Of a DNA stretch of 64,000 nt, positions 18,377 to 28,019 are shown in pieces. The notes beneath the pieces are model-generated. The model saw only the letters and a program-made list of their open reading frames with translations, was not told the origin of the DNA and made no database searches. The translations under genes were made by a program, and so were the position numbers. The stretch comes from a bacterium (GTDB lineage: Bacteria; Patescibacteriota; Minisyncoccia; UBA6257; GWB1-50-10): positions 74,894-138,893 of the forward strand of contig JAUSKB010000026.1 of the NCBI GenBank assembly GCA_030647415.1, written 5' to 3'. Each line of letters opens with the position of its first letter. Within the stretch, counting starts at the first letter, position 1.

Positions 18377-19706
18377 ATGTCCCACTTGCAACGACTTTCA
18401 CCAAGTATATTCCGCGCCTATGACATCCGCGGGGAGTACCCCCGTGAGGTAAACGCCTATGTGGTAGAGACCGTCGCGGCGGCAATTGGCAGCTTGTTCC
18501 CGCCGGGACCCATGATTGTCGCGCACGACGGCCGCACCAGCTCGCCGGCGCTCGCATTCGCGGTGCTTCGCGGGCTTGCCTCGGTCCGCTCGCGGGCAAG
18601 GCTCATTGACCTCGGCACTACCACGACGCCGATGTTCTATTTTTTTGTCGAGCGCCTAAAGGCCGCGGGCGGCATTATGGTGACCGCATCGCACAACCCG
18701 AAGACTATGAATGGCCTGAAGGTGGTCGGGGCGCACGCCGTTATGATTCCCGGTACTGAACTTGCGGCGTTGGTCCATAAAAAATCCCATGCTCAAAACG
18801 CGTAACTATGCAGGCGAGTATGCCTTGTTCCTCCGCACCTTTCTCGCTCCCGCCCGCCCGCTCCGGGTCGTCTTCGATTTCTCGAACGGTCCTGCGGGCA
18901 TAATCGTCCCCGACGTGGTCCGGAGCGAACCGAACCTCACCGCGTTTTTCGTTGACCGGGCGCTCTCGGGAAACTTCCCGGGACACGGACCAAACCCACT
19001 CGCCGGCGCCGGTCTCCTACACCTCCATACGGAGGTTCTTGCCCGGCACGCGAACCTGGGGCTCATCTTCGACGCGGACGGCGACCGGGTCTTCGTTGTG
19101 GACGAGCGTGGCCGGTGGGTGCCACCCCACCTCGTGGCACACCTCCTTGCGCGGAGGGCGGCAACGCCCTTCGTATTCGATACCCGGACGGCGCTCGCAC
19201 TCCGGTACGCGGGTCTTTTCGAACCCGCGGCGGCAATTCTCTCCCCAGTCGGCTCCGTCTACATAAAGGAACGGATGCGGGCGAGTGGGGCGGGGTTCGG
19301 CGCCGAGTATTCCGGCCACTACTACTTCAAGGAGTTTCTCTCCGTGGATTCGGGCATCCTCGCCGCCGTGAACGTCCTGAATGCCGTCTCCCGTCTTCCC
19401 TACTCGCTCGCGGAGTTCGTCGACCTTGCCCCCCGCGACGTCCGGTTCGAGGAGCGGAATATGCCCACGAAGAAGCCACGCGTCACCGTCGCTGCGCTCA
19501 CGAGCGCGCTCCGGCCGGGCGCGCGACGCGTCACGCCCGCCGCCCGGATGATAGGCGTCCAAGACGGCATGGTCATCGAGGCGGATGCATGGTTCGCCAC
19601 GGTCCGCCCCTCGAACACCGAGCCATTGGTCCGCGTCTGCGTCGGTAGCATCGAACCGCGCATCACCAAGGAAAAGCGCGTGGTGCTCGCTGCGTTTTCG
19701 GTATAG
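18377..19706 (+). CDS. phosphomannomutase/phosphoglucomutase, interrupted by a +1 frameshift at an A6 run (ORFs 18377-18805 and 18762-19706); possible pseudogene or sequencing error
   Basis: N-terminal part carries the active-site loop TASHNP; C-terminal part matches PGM/PMM domains III-IV; 142+314 aa equals a normal PMM length; the frames meet at CATAAAAAATCC (18776-18787). Confidence 0.65.
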
Positions 19707-19711
19707 TAACC

Positions 19712-20407
19712 ATGCACCACGGGACCCACACGGACATTCTCATCGTCTCCGACATCCACCTCGGCTCCCCGGTGTGCCGCTCCAAGGCGCTCTTACGGTT
19801 CCTGAAAACGGTGAAGTTCCGGACGCTCATCCTGAACGGCGACATCTTCGACGATTTGAACTTCAACCGGCTCTCGCACGACGACTGGGAGCTTCTCGCC
19901 CACCTCCGCGAGCTCTCGAAACTGAACCACCACACCGCGGTCATTTGGATTGCGGGGAACCACGACGGTGCGGCGGCGACCCTCTCGCGCCTCATCGGCG
20001 TGCCGGTCGTAAATGAGTACGTCTTCTACTGGAACGGCACAAAGTGCCTTGCCATCCACGGCCACCAGTTCGACCGCTTCCTCTCCAAAAATATTGTCAT
20101 CTCGACTATCGCGGGCGCTATCTACCTCGCGATCCAGCGCATCGACGGCCAGGAACAGCATGTCGCGCGTCTCGTGAAACGCTTCTCGAAGTCTTGGCTC
20201 CGCGTCTCCGCGAAGGTGATGAAGGGCGCCGTTCGGTACAACCTCGTTTTCAAGCGTGCCGCCTACGTCTTCTGTGGCCACACGCACAAGGAGCATGAGG
20301 AGGTTGTGCACGGCGTCGAGTACCTAAACAGCGGCTGCTGGACGGACATCCCCTCCGCCTACATCACGCTCGACGAGCAGGGTGCGAGGGTGCATACGAT
20401 TGGGTAA
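19712..20407 (+). CDS. metallophosphoesterase (calcineurin-like; LpxH-like family)
   Basis: 231 aa; SDIHLG, GDIFD, GNHD, GHTH motifs. Confidence 0.8.
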   Translation: MHHGTHTDILIVSDIHLGSPVCRSKALLRFLKTVKFRTLILNGDIFDDLNFNRLSHDDWELLAHLRELSKLNHHTAVIWIAGNHDGAAATLSRLIGVPVVNEYVFYWNGTKCLAIHGHQFDRFLSKNIVISTIAGAIYLAIQRIDGQEQHVARLVKRFSKSWLRVSAKVMKGAVRYNLVFKRAAYVFCGHTHKEHEEVVHGVEYLNSGCWTDIPSAYITLDEQGARVHTIG

Positions 20408-20420
20408 GAAAAAGATTCAC

Positions 20421-20523
20421 CCTGTTAGAAGTTTACAGACACTCATTGAGTGTGTAGTGTAGCGTGTTATCTAAAACAACATGTGTAACATGAACACAGC
20501 GTGCGCGTAAACTTCTAACAGGG
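20421..20523. repeat. Family A palindromic element, copy A4, with conserved outer flanks TAAGAAAAAGATTCACCCTG... and ...CAGGGTGAAAGAAAAAGGAGGG
   Basis: The same outer flanks occur at copy A6. Confidence 0.85.
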
Positions 20524-20613
20524 TGAAAGAAAAAGGAGGGGAGGAGGGTTTAAAAAATGAGATATAAATGATGGAGATACTAGAAACCAGCATATATGCT
20601 GGTGTTTTTTACT

Positions 20614-20644
20614 ATTGACATTTATGTATAATTGGTGTTAACAT
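20614..20644 (+). promoter_or_regulatory. conserved promoter-like sequence ATTGACATTTATGTATAATTGGTGTTAACAT (second copy)
   Basis: Preceded by hairpin ACCAGCATATATGCTGGT plus T-run; heads the second low-GC islet. Confidence 0.5.
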
Positions 20645-20693
20645 ATAACCAGCGTTTTAGAATAAATCGTTCAAAAAACTAAAGGAGGCTGTA

Positions 20694-21008
20694 ATGAATT
20701 CATTCGGGATAGTCGAGAGGGTTGAGTACCTCACGCGTCTAGCTGACACTGACGATGGTGAACAACGGGTACTCACGGTTATTGAAGGTAAACACCTCGG
20801 CGGCAAACAAATCATCGTGTGGGCAGAGTGGGCCCACGGACCATTCCCTAGCTTTGGAAATTTCACGGTCCATAGCAAATCCCTCGACCCTGCAATCTAT
20901 GCAAAGGTCCAGGTGACGGACGCCGCAGAGGGAAAGTTTGAGGGGAAGTCTCTCTTTGGATCACCAGAGGCATATAAGAGATTTAGAGAAACCATTTGGT
21001 CCGAGTAG
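20694..21008 (+). CDS. hypothetical protein (low-GC islet)
   Basis: 104 aa; SD AAAGGAGG upstream. Confidence 0.45.
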   Translation: MNSFGIVERVEYLTRLADTDDGEQRVLTVIEGKHLGGKQIIVWAEWAHGPFPSFGNFTVHSKSLDPAIYAKVQVTDAAEGKFEGKSLFGSPEAYKRFRETIWSE

Positions 21009-21183
21009 TTCAGGCCAAAAGTACTCCCCCACACAATTTTGTGTCCGGGGGATTTTTCTTTCTCACGTCAGCTATCACCATGCCGCGCCGATTCTTTTTA
21101 CGAAGCGGAAAACTATGGAGGTCGAACCCTAATACCCAGATGGGAGGTTTTAGGGGTTAGGGGAAGCTCACAAAACAGGGAAT

Positions 21184-21427
21184 TATCGATTTATCGGGTT
21201 TATCGGGTTAACCGGGAAAACCTGATAAATCAAATAAACACGATAAACCCGATAATGCGATGAAACCTACATAGTCATTTTTTGACCGTTCCGGACCCCC
21301 GAAATCTGTTTCAAAGTGTTTTGTGTAAAACATTTTTGGTGGGAGTATACTGGTGTAAAACATTTCTAAAACAAGCCGATAGGTAGACCGTTATTGATAT
21401 ATTTAGGTGTAAAACACTGTAAAACAT
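21184..21427. other. origin-like noncoding region: TTATC/GATAA (DnaA-box-like) cluster with 15-bp inverted repeat TTATCGGGTTTATCG / CGATAAACCCGATAA, plus four GTGTAAAACA direct repeats (iterons)
   Basis: Repeats read directly at 21193-21207, 21241-21255, 21333-21342, 21353-21362, 21408-21417 and 21419-21427; AT-rich; lies between convergent genes. Confidence 0.4.
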
Positions 21428-21498
21428 CAATTTGTTTACCGTTAAACACTTTGACCCAAATTTTAAGGGCGACCACGTGGTCGCCCTCGAACTACTGC

Positions 21499-22503
21499 CT
21501 ATGCTGCCCTCGCTCCGGCAACAAGCTGGAGCTTCCCGTACCCCTGCTTTCGTCCATGCCGATTTCCAGAACCTCCTCCATTACTGGAGAGTTTCTTGAT
21601 TATAAGGTTCCAAATTTCGTCAGGGACGCTACCCCGTCGATACTTGTTTCCCACAAAATGCGAGAATGACCCCGTGACCTCCTCAACCGAGAACACTTTC
21701 TCCGAGAAGGCAATGCGGATGAAGTTCGACTCAAACGCGTTTCTCCCGGCGAAGAACGATATCGTTCCCGGCTTGTTCTCCTTCACCATCCGGAAGGTCA
21801 ATGTTGACTCCCTGACCTTTCGGGTCCGAAGCCCGTCGACCTTCCCGAGCAACGCCTTGTATCCTCTGTGGGCATCAAGAAAGAGGGTTACTAGATCCTT
21901 GATACTCTCCTTCTCTGGAAACAACGGTTCGTACGACACGTTCCGCGTTCCGGGGACGACCACTCCAAAAATCTTATTCGACGGTTTAAGATTTTCCCGG
22001 ATGGTCGCTTCCTCCAATGCGACCTCGTACATTCTTCGGATATTCGCGAGCTCGAGTTCGATTGCCTGCGGGGGTAGCCGCAGGGCACTTGAACATCGTT
22101 CATTAATCGACTTCAAGAACTTTCGAAGCCCGCCGAACGCGCCGATCCCAAGCAGTTCATTGCGCTCGAACTGTACATCGCCGACCACCTCTCCCGTGAG
22201 CGTGAACTCTTGGAAGGTGTCGGAGACATAGCTAGCTAGTTCCCAAATCCGTCGATTTATTCGATCCCGGACCTGATAGATTTTGTCTTCGCACTCGCAA
22301 CGCGTGAGAGATGCGTCGCTCTTCAGTGCGAGAATCTGGCAATTTAGTTCCTGCGCGGATGCAAAGAACCCTCGCATCATACGTAGGTACTTCTTGAATG
22401 CCGCCACAGCCGCGACATTCTCGGGATTCAGGAGATACTCCTGAATGATTTCGGCGTCCTCGTGCGCGAGGCGCTCGATCATTTCTTTTTTTGTTTTTTG
22501 CAC
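21499..22503 (-). CDS. hypothetical protein (low-GC islet)
   Basis: 334-aa ORF with no recognisable motif. Confidence 0.45.
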   Translation of the reverse strand: MQKTKKEMIERLAHEDAEIIQEYLLNPENVAAVAAFKKYLRMMRGFFASAQELNCQILALKSDASLTRCECEDKIYQVRDRINRRIWELASYVSDTFQEFTLTGEVVGDVQFERNELLGIGAFGGLRKFLKSINERCSSALRLPPQAIELELANIRRMYEVALEEATIRENLKPSNKIFGVVVPGTRNVSYEPLFPEKESIKDLVTLFLDAHRGYKALLGKVDGLRTRKVRESTLTFRMVKENKPGTISFFAGRNAFESNFIRIAFSEKVFSVEEVTGSFSHFVGNKYRRGSVPDEIWNLIIKKLSSNGGGSGNRHGRKQGYGKLQLVAGARAA

Positions 22504-22697
22504 TGCTTCCTCCCCGGGCCTGGTGGGGCCCTTTATTGGTGGTGATTTTGTGAATTAGATACTAAAAACAGAATATCACTTAGTGGCTAATATGTCAAAT
22601 GTAGTTCAATATTTGGAAGTCAGACTACCTCCGCATACAACGAGCATGAATCCGGTAGAGCGAATCGCGGATTCGTATTCGCACCTCTCTATACAAA

Positions 22698-22733
22698 AAA
22701 ATGTTCGATTTACGAAATCGAACATTTTTCACT
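22698..22733. terminator. terminator hairpin AATGTTCGATTT-ACG-AAATCGAACATT flanked by A/T runs
   Basis: Perfect 12-bp stem downstream of rpsA. Confidence 0.6.
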
Positions 22734-22758
22734 ATCCTCTTTCTCTTTTCCTTTTTTT

Positions 22759-23874
22759 CTATTTCTTCAGCTTCAGGACGATACGCCGCTCCTCGGGTTT
22801 CACGCTCTCGACGGTGAAGTCATAGGACGTGCCAGCCGCGAGGGACTTCTTCATCTCCTCCACGCCGCCGAAGTCCGTGACGTGCACCTGACCCTGGATA
22901 TCTCCGCCGAGGTTCACCGTCGCGCCGAACGGGTTGAAGCTGTAAACCGTGCCTGACACCATTTGCCCCTCGGCATAGCGACCAATGCCCGCGAGCCACG
23001 GGTCGTCTTTGAGCGCCTTCAGGGAGAGTGAGACCTTGCCGTCCTTGATGTCCATAATCTTTGCCGTTACCACCTCATCCACCTTCACTACCTCCTTCGG
23101 GTTCTCCACGACCCGCCACTCGAGTTCCGATACATGGATGAGCCCCTCGATCGCCGGGTTGTCGGTAAACTTCACGAACGCCCCGAAGTCCGCCACGCCG
23201 GAGATAATGCCCTCAATCACCTGCCCCACCGCATACCCCGTGAGAAGCTCCTTCGTGTTCTCTTCGACCGCCTCCCGTTCCGAGACGATGAGCTTTGCCG
23301 TCCGCGGGTTCGCCTCGATGATCTTCACCGAGATTTCCTGCCCGATGAGGCCCTGGAGGGCCTGGGTAAGCGCCGTCTTATCCTCTCCAATCGTCTTGGG
23401 ATAGTGGTCGCCCACGAGCTGTGAGAGTGGGAGAAATGCGGCAAGCTGCCCGACATTCGCGGTGAGCCCGCCTCGATTTGCGCCGTTGATTTTCACCATG
23501 AATGGCTGGTCAGCACCCTGTAGCTCAGCTATTTCCGCCCACGCCTTCTGGCGGCTCGCCTCGGAAACCGAGAGTTCCACGAACCCGTCCTCGTTGTCTG
23601 CGGAAATGACTTTCGCGTGTATCGAATCGCCGGGCTTCAAATTCCGGACGACGTCGCGGGCATTCTGAAGCTCGCCGCGGTACACCACGCCCGTCCCATG
23701 GCGGCCGAGGTCGACGAGGAGCCGATTCGCGCCTGAGCCGAGCACCACGCCCTCCACAAGGTCGCCCGCTTTCAGAAGGACGAGCGCGCCGGGAGAGGTC
23801 TTCAAAAATTGCGCGAGCGCATTGTTTATGTTTTTCGTTGGTCGCACGAGGTCCACACTACCACACGACTCCAT
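22759..23874 (-). CDS. rpsA: 30S ribosomal protein S1 (four S1 domains)
   Basis: Repeated S1-domain motifs; start chosen at the internal Met (MESCGS...NALAQFLK), because the ORF-track start 23922 adds an implausible Cys-rich 16-aa extension and overlaps the divergent gene. Confidence 0.75.
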   Translation of the reverse strand: MESCGSVDLVRPTKNINNALAQFLKTSPGALVLLKAGDLVEGVVLGSGANRLLVDLGRHGTGVVYRGELQNARDVVRNLKPGDSIHAKVISADNEDGFVELSVSEASRQKAWAEIAELQGADQPFMVKINGANRGGLTANVGQLAAFLPLSQLVGDHYPKTIGEDKTALTQALQGLIGQEISVKIIEANPRTAKLIVSEREAVEENTKELLTGYAVGQVIEGIISGVADFGAFVKFTDNPAIEGLIHVSELEWRVVENPKEVVKVDEVVTAKIMDIKDGKVSLSLKALKDDPWLAGIGRYAEGQMVSGTVYSFNPFGATVNLGGDIQGQVHVTDFGGVEEMKKSLAAGTSYDFTVESVKPEERRIVLKLKK

Positions 23875-23911
23875 TGCAGCGCAAGCGAACGTGCGGTAGC
23901 ATGACGTATGC

Positions 23912-24484
23912 ATGGTCATCACCTACCACGGGGAGGGTTCGTTTCGCCTGCAGGCGGGTGCGGCGGTAGTGCTCGTGGACCCCGAGCACCAGCGCTCCTT
24001 CAAGGGCGCGCACTGCATCATCGCGACCACGCGGCCGGCGCACGTCGACCCGCCCGCCGCGGGAGATGACGCGCCGTTCTGGATCGACCATCAGGGCGAG
24101 TATGACCTTGGGTCGGTCATGGTCCACGGCGTCACGGCCGAGTGGGACCGTGACGACGAGCACACCGCGTACCGCGTGACTATGGACGACATCTCAATCG
24201 GTCTCCTCGGCTTCCTCACGGCGGATCCGGAACCGGCGGTCCGCGAACTACTCGCAGGTGTTGACATCCTCATTGTGCCCGCGGGTGGCAAACCGTTCCT
24301 CACAACCGCGGCCGCGGCGAAGCTCGCCCGCCAGCTTGAGCCGTCCATCGTCATCCCCTCGCTCACGGACCCAAAGCCACTCGTAAAGGAGTTGGGAAAC
24401 GGCGGAGCACCGGAGGAGCGACTCACGATCAAGAAAAAGGACCTCGTCTCAAAGGCGGTCCGCGTCGTCGTTCTGACATCATGA
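23912..24484 (+). CDS. MBL-fold metal-dependent hydrolase (UPF0173-like)
   Basis: 190 aa; N-terminal MVITYHGEGSFRL typical of this family. Confidence 0.5.
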   Translation: MVITYHGEGSFRLQAGAAVVLVDPEHQRSFKGAHCIIATTRPAHVDPPAAGDDAPFWIDHQGEYDLGSVMVHGVTAEWDRDDEHTAYRVTMDDISIGLLGFLTADPEPAVRELLAGVDILIVPAGGKPFLTTAAAAKLARQLEPSIVIPSLTDPKPLVKELGNGGAPEERLTIKKKDLVSKAVRVVVLTS

Positions 24485-24490
24485 CGCCCC

Positions 24491-24934
24491 ATGCTATTCC
24501 GCACCACATGGAGAGCCTACCTGCGACGCATTCGAGCATCGAGCGACGCCACAAAGCGGCGATGGATTGCCGTCGTGGGATTGGGCTCGGGAGGACTCGT
24601 CATCGCCCTCTGGGTCATCTACCTCTCCTCCACGCTGCCCGCCCGACTGGACAGTCGTTCGGGCGGGCCCACCCGGACGAATACGCCTCCGCTCGCGACC
24701 ACAACGGCGTCTGAATCGCCCCAGGAGCGAAGGGGGGATGTGTTTACGAACGGCGTCCGAGGCATCCGGGATATGATGGCAAAACAATGGCAGGGCGCAC
24801 GAAACACTATCGACAGTTCCTGGCAATCGCTGGGGGCGCTTATCACCGAGGGAAACGAATTCTCGGTGACGGGAACCACCACGCCCGCTTTGCCGGAATC
24901 GAGTGAGTCGAGCGAGCCACCGCACACACCATGA
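24491..24934 (+). CDS. hypothetical membrane protein
   Basis: 147 aa with one TM helix; overlaps the gyrA start by 4 nt. Confidence 0.4.
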   Translation: MLFRTTWRAYLRRIRASSDATKRRWIAVVGLGSGGLVIALWVIYLSSTLPARLDSRSGGPTRTNTPPLATTTASESPQERRGDVFTNGVRGIRDMMAKQWQGARNTIDSSWQSLGALITEGNEFSVTGTTTPALPESSESSEPPHTP

Positions 24935-27876
24935 CCACTGCAGAACCAAAGAAAACGCCCGGCGGCTCCATCGAGCCCCGCGAGATTGTGGACGAGCTCC
25001 GGCAGTCCTACCTATCGTACGCCATGTCGGTTATCGTCTCGCGCGCCATCCCGGACGTCCGTGACGGCTTGAAACCGGTGCAACGGCGCATCCTCTGGGC
25101 GATGTGGGACACCGGACTCACCCACAGCGCGAAGTTCAAAAAGTCCGCGAATGTGGTCGGCGAGGTGCTCGGCAAGTACCACCCGCACGGCGACGTTGCG
25201 GTCTACGACACCATGGCGCGTATGGCGCAGGACTTCTCGCTCCGCGCACCGCTCGTCGACGGCCAGGGAAATTGGGGGTGTTTTACTAAAGATACAAAAG
25301 TAAAACTCGCCGACGGTCGAAACGCGAGCTTTAGTGAACTCGTAGAAGAACACCGCCAGGGCAAGAAAAACTATACCTTTGCCGTTAATTCGGCTGGGCT
25401 CATTTCCATCGCGGAAATAAAAAATCCGCGCCTCACAAAAAAGAATGCAGAGCTCGTCAGGGTGATTTTGGACAATGGCGAGAAGATTCGTTGCACGCCG
25501 AATCACCGCTTTATGTTAAAAGACGGCTCCTACAAAGAGGCACACTACCTCACAAACGGGAATAGTCTTATGCCCCTATACGAGAAGTTGTCCACAAAAG
25601 AGGGCCGATTAAACAGCGACCCACGCCCGGTTTTATATGAACTAAATAAAAACCATAAAGTTGTTAGGGTTGAAAAGTTAGCGGAGCAGGAGGATGTTTA
25701 TGATTTAACGATTGATAAATATCATAATTTTGCGCTCGCGGCTGGTGTCTTTGTGCACAATTCGATCGACGGCGACAGCCCGGCGGCAATGCGTTATACT
25801 GAGGCTAGGCTTACAAAAGTCGCCGAGGAGCTCTTGACGGACATCGAGAAGGAGACGGTCGACTGGGGACCAAACTACGACAACTCCCGCGTGGAGCCGC
25901 TCGTCCTGCCGGGGAAGCTCCCGAACCTCATTGTGAACGGCGCGGTCGGCATCGCGGTCGGTATGGCAACCTCCATCCCGCCGCACAACCTCGGCGAGGT
26001 TATAGACGCCATCGCGTACCTTGCCGAGCACGGGGATGCCACGATTGAGGAGCTTATGCAGTTCATCCCGGGTCCCGACTTCCCGACGGGCGGCGTAATC
26101 TACGACACGCGGGCGATCGCCGAAGCCTACCGGACCGGCCGCGGCGCCATCGTCATGCGCGCCGTCGCCGTCATCGAGGAGCGGACGGCGCGAGGGCACC
26201 AGATCGTCGTCACCGAAATTCCCTACCAGGTGAACAAGTCGGACCTCGTCACCTCCATCGCCGAGCTCGTCACGGAGAAGCGAGTGGAGGGCATCCGGGA
26301 CCTCCGCGACGAATCCGATCGCGATGGCCTGCGAATCGTCATCGAGCTGAAAAGCGACGCGGCGCCGCAAAAGATTTTAAATCAGCTCTACAAGTACACC
26401 GAGCTCCAGAAGAGTTTCCACTCAAACCTCCTCGCATTGACCGGCGGACTCCAGCCGGAGGTGCTCTCCCTGAAGGATATCCTCGCCGCATACCTCGACC
26501 ACCGGAAGCTGGTCGTGAAGCGGCGAACAGAGTTTGACCTCCGAAAGGCGACGGAGCGGGCACATATCCTCGAGGGGCTCGTGAAAGCCTTGGACCACAT
26601 CGACCGGATCATCGAGACCATCAAGAAGTCCAAGGACCGCGAGGATGCCCAGCGGAACCTCATCGCGAAGTTCAAGTTCTCGGAGCTCCAGGCGAACGCC
26701 ATCCTCGAAATGAAGCTCGCCGCGCTCGCGGCGCTCGAACGCAAAAAGCTCGAAGATGAACTTACGGAAAAGCGGAATATCATCGAGGAGCTCACTGCGC
26801 TCCTCAAGAACCCGAAGAAGATGCTGGGGCTCATCGTCACGGAGCTCGGCAATCTCAAGGCCGCCTTCCCGAGCGAGCGGCGCACGAAGGTGGTTCCGCA
26901 CGGGCTCACGGAGTTCCGCGAGGAGGACCTGGTGCCGCAGGAGGAGGCAATCGTCACGCTCTCGGTGGACGGCTACATCAAACGGATGCCGCCCGATACC
27001 TTCCGGGCGCAACGGCGCGGCGGGAAGGGGCTCATCGGGTTCGATTTGAAGGACGAGGACCATATCCGACAGCTCATGGCGGCACGAACCCACGATAACT
27101 GCCTCTTTTTCACGGACCGGGGGAAGGTTTTCCAGACCAAGGTGTTCGAGATACCCGCCGCGGAGCGGGCGGCTAAAGGCAAACTCGTGCACAACTTCCT
27201 CGAAGTCCCACCGAACGAGCATATCACGGCGATGGTCGCCTACGGCGGATCGTCGAGCGGGTACCTCACCATGGTGACGCAGGGCGGAACCATCAAGAAA
27301 ACGCCGCTCAAGGACTTTGTGAGCGTCCGGCGGACGGGCATTATCGCCCTCAGGCTCCAGCCGAACGACATTCTTGAGTGGGCCCAGCTCTCCTCCGGCG
27401 GCGACGAGATGCTCCTCGTGACCTCCGCCGGTCAGGCGATCCGGTTCCGTGAAAAGGATGTCCGTCCAATGAGCCGCACCGCGGGCGGCACGCGCGCAAT
27501 CCGCCTGAAGCGAAAGGACCAGGTCGCCGGCGTCGGCATCATACCCAAGGAGGCCGGCGCCGCCGACCGGAAGGGGCTCCGCGTGGTCGCCGTCATGGCC
27601 CGCGGGTTCGCGAAGCAGACGCCGCTCTCGGATTACAAGGTACAGCACCGCGGCGGCGGCGGCATCAAGACCGCGAAGGTGACGGAGAAAACAGGGCCGG
27701 TGATCGCCGCGGCGATCGTCGGACCGGAGACGGAGGTTGTGCTCGCCTTCTCGAAAAAAGGCCAGGCATTGAAAACACCGCTCTCGAACGTCCGCATCGC
27801 GGGTCGCGCGACACAGGGCGTCCGCATTATGAACGTCGAGGCGGATGATGCGCTGATTGGGGTACTCTGTCTGTAG
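24931..27876 (+). CDS. gyrA: DNA gyrase subunit A, containing a mini-intein
   Basis: 981 aa; conserved GyrA blocks ([15 protein letters not shown]-terminal beta-pinwheel repeats); 161-aa insertion between GNWG and SIDGD. Confidence 0.95.
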   Translation: MTTAEPKKTPGGSIEPREIVDELRQSYLSYAMSVIVSRAIPDVRDGLKPVQRRILWAMWDTGLTHSAKFKKSANVVGEVLGKYHPHGDVAVYDTMARMAQDFSLRAPLVDGQGNWGCFTKDTKVKLADGRNASFSELVEEHRQGKKNYTFAVNSAGLISIAEIKNPRLTKKNAELVRVILDNGEKIRCTPNHRFMLKDGSYKEAHYLTNGNSLMPLYEKLSTKEGRLNSDPRPVLYELNKNHKVVRVEKLAEQEDVYDLTIDKYHNFALAAGVFVHNSIDGDSPAAMRYTEARLTKVAEELLTDIEKETVDWGPNYDNSRVEPLVLPGKLPNLIVNGAVGIAVGMATSIPPHNLGEVIDAIAYLAEHGDATIEELMQFIPGPDFPTGGVIYDTRAIAEAYRTGRGAIVMRAVAVIEERTARGHQIVVTEIPYQVNKSDLVTSIAELVTEKRVEGIRDLRDESDRDGLRIVIELKSDAAPQKILNQLYKYTELQKSFHSNLLALTGGLQPEVLSLKDILAAYLDHRKLVVKRRTEFDLRKATERAHILEGLVKALDHIDRIIETIKKSKDREDAQRNLIAKFKFSELQANAILEMKLAALAALERKKLEDELTEKRNIIEELTALLKNPKKMLGLIVTELGNLKAAFPSERRTKVVPHGLTEFREEDLVPQEEAIVTLSVDGYIKRMPPDTFRAQRRGGKGLIGFDLKDEDHIRQLMAARTHDNCLFFTDRGKVFQTKVFEIPAAERAAKGKLVHNFLEVPPNEHITAMVAYGGSSSGYLTMVTQGGTIKKTPLKDFVSVRRTGIIALRLQPNDILEWAQLSSGGDEMLLVTSAGQAIRFREKDVRPMSRTAGGTRAIRLKRKDQVAGVGIIPKEAGAADRKGLRVVAVMARGFAKQTPLSDYKVQHRGGGGIKTAKVTEKTGPVIAAAIVGPETEVVLAFSKKGQALKTPLSNVRIAGRATQGVRIMNVEADDALIGVLCL
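25279..25761 (+). mobile_element. mini-intein (161 aa, no homing-endonuclease domain) within gyrA
   Basis: Begins Cys ([13 protein letters not shown], block A), TPNH block B, ends VFVHN followed by Ser+1; DNA is markedly AT-rich relative to the flanking gyrA sequence. Confidence 0.8.
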
Positions 27877-27918
27877 GTAACAAACAACCTACGACACACA
27901 ACTAACAACCTATTTATC

Positions 27919-28019
27919 CTGTTAGAAGTTTACAAATAATCATTTTCCTATGAATTTGATGGTTATATTCAAAACCAAAACTATGCAGGAATACAAATTT
28001 TGCGTAAACTTCTAACAGG
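27919..28019. repeat. Family A palindromic element, copy A5; the right end CTAACAGG is immediately followed by the ATG at 28020
   Basis: CCTGTTAGAAGTTTACAAATAAT ... TTGCGTAAACTTCTAACAGG-ATGAACCTC. Confidence 0.85.

Noticed and set aside
21184-21260. DnaA-box cluster as the chromosomal oriC
   Set aside because: No dnaA, dnaN or gyrB is adjacent, and the region lies in a low-GC islet between convergent orphan genes. A foreign (plasmid or phage-type) origin or transcription-factor site is more likely than the chromosomal origin.
26422-27648. 408-aa ORF antisense to gyrA, and similar long antisense ORFs (43594-44685 in comM, 1849-2854 in ftsH, 10944-11759 in folD, 4334-5143)
   Set aside because: They have Arg/Ala/Gly-rich composition typical of antisense frames in high-GC DNA and overlap well-supported genes. 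They were treated as non-coding.
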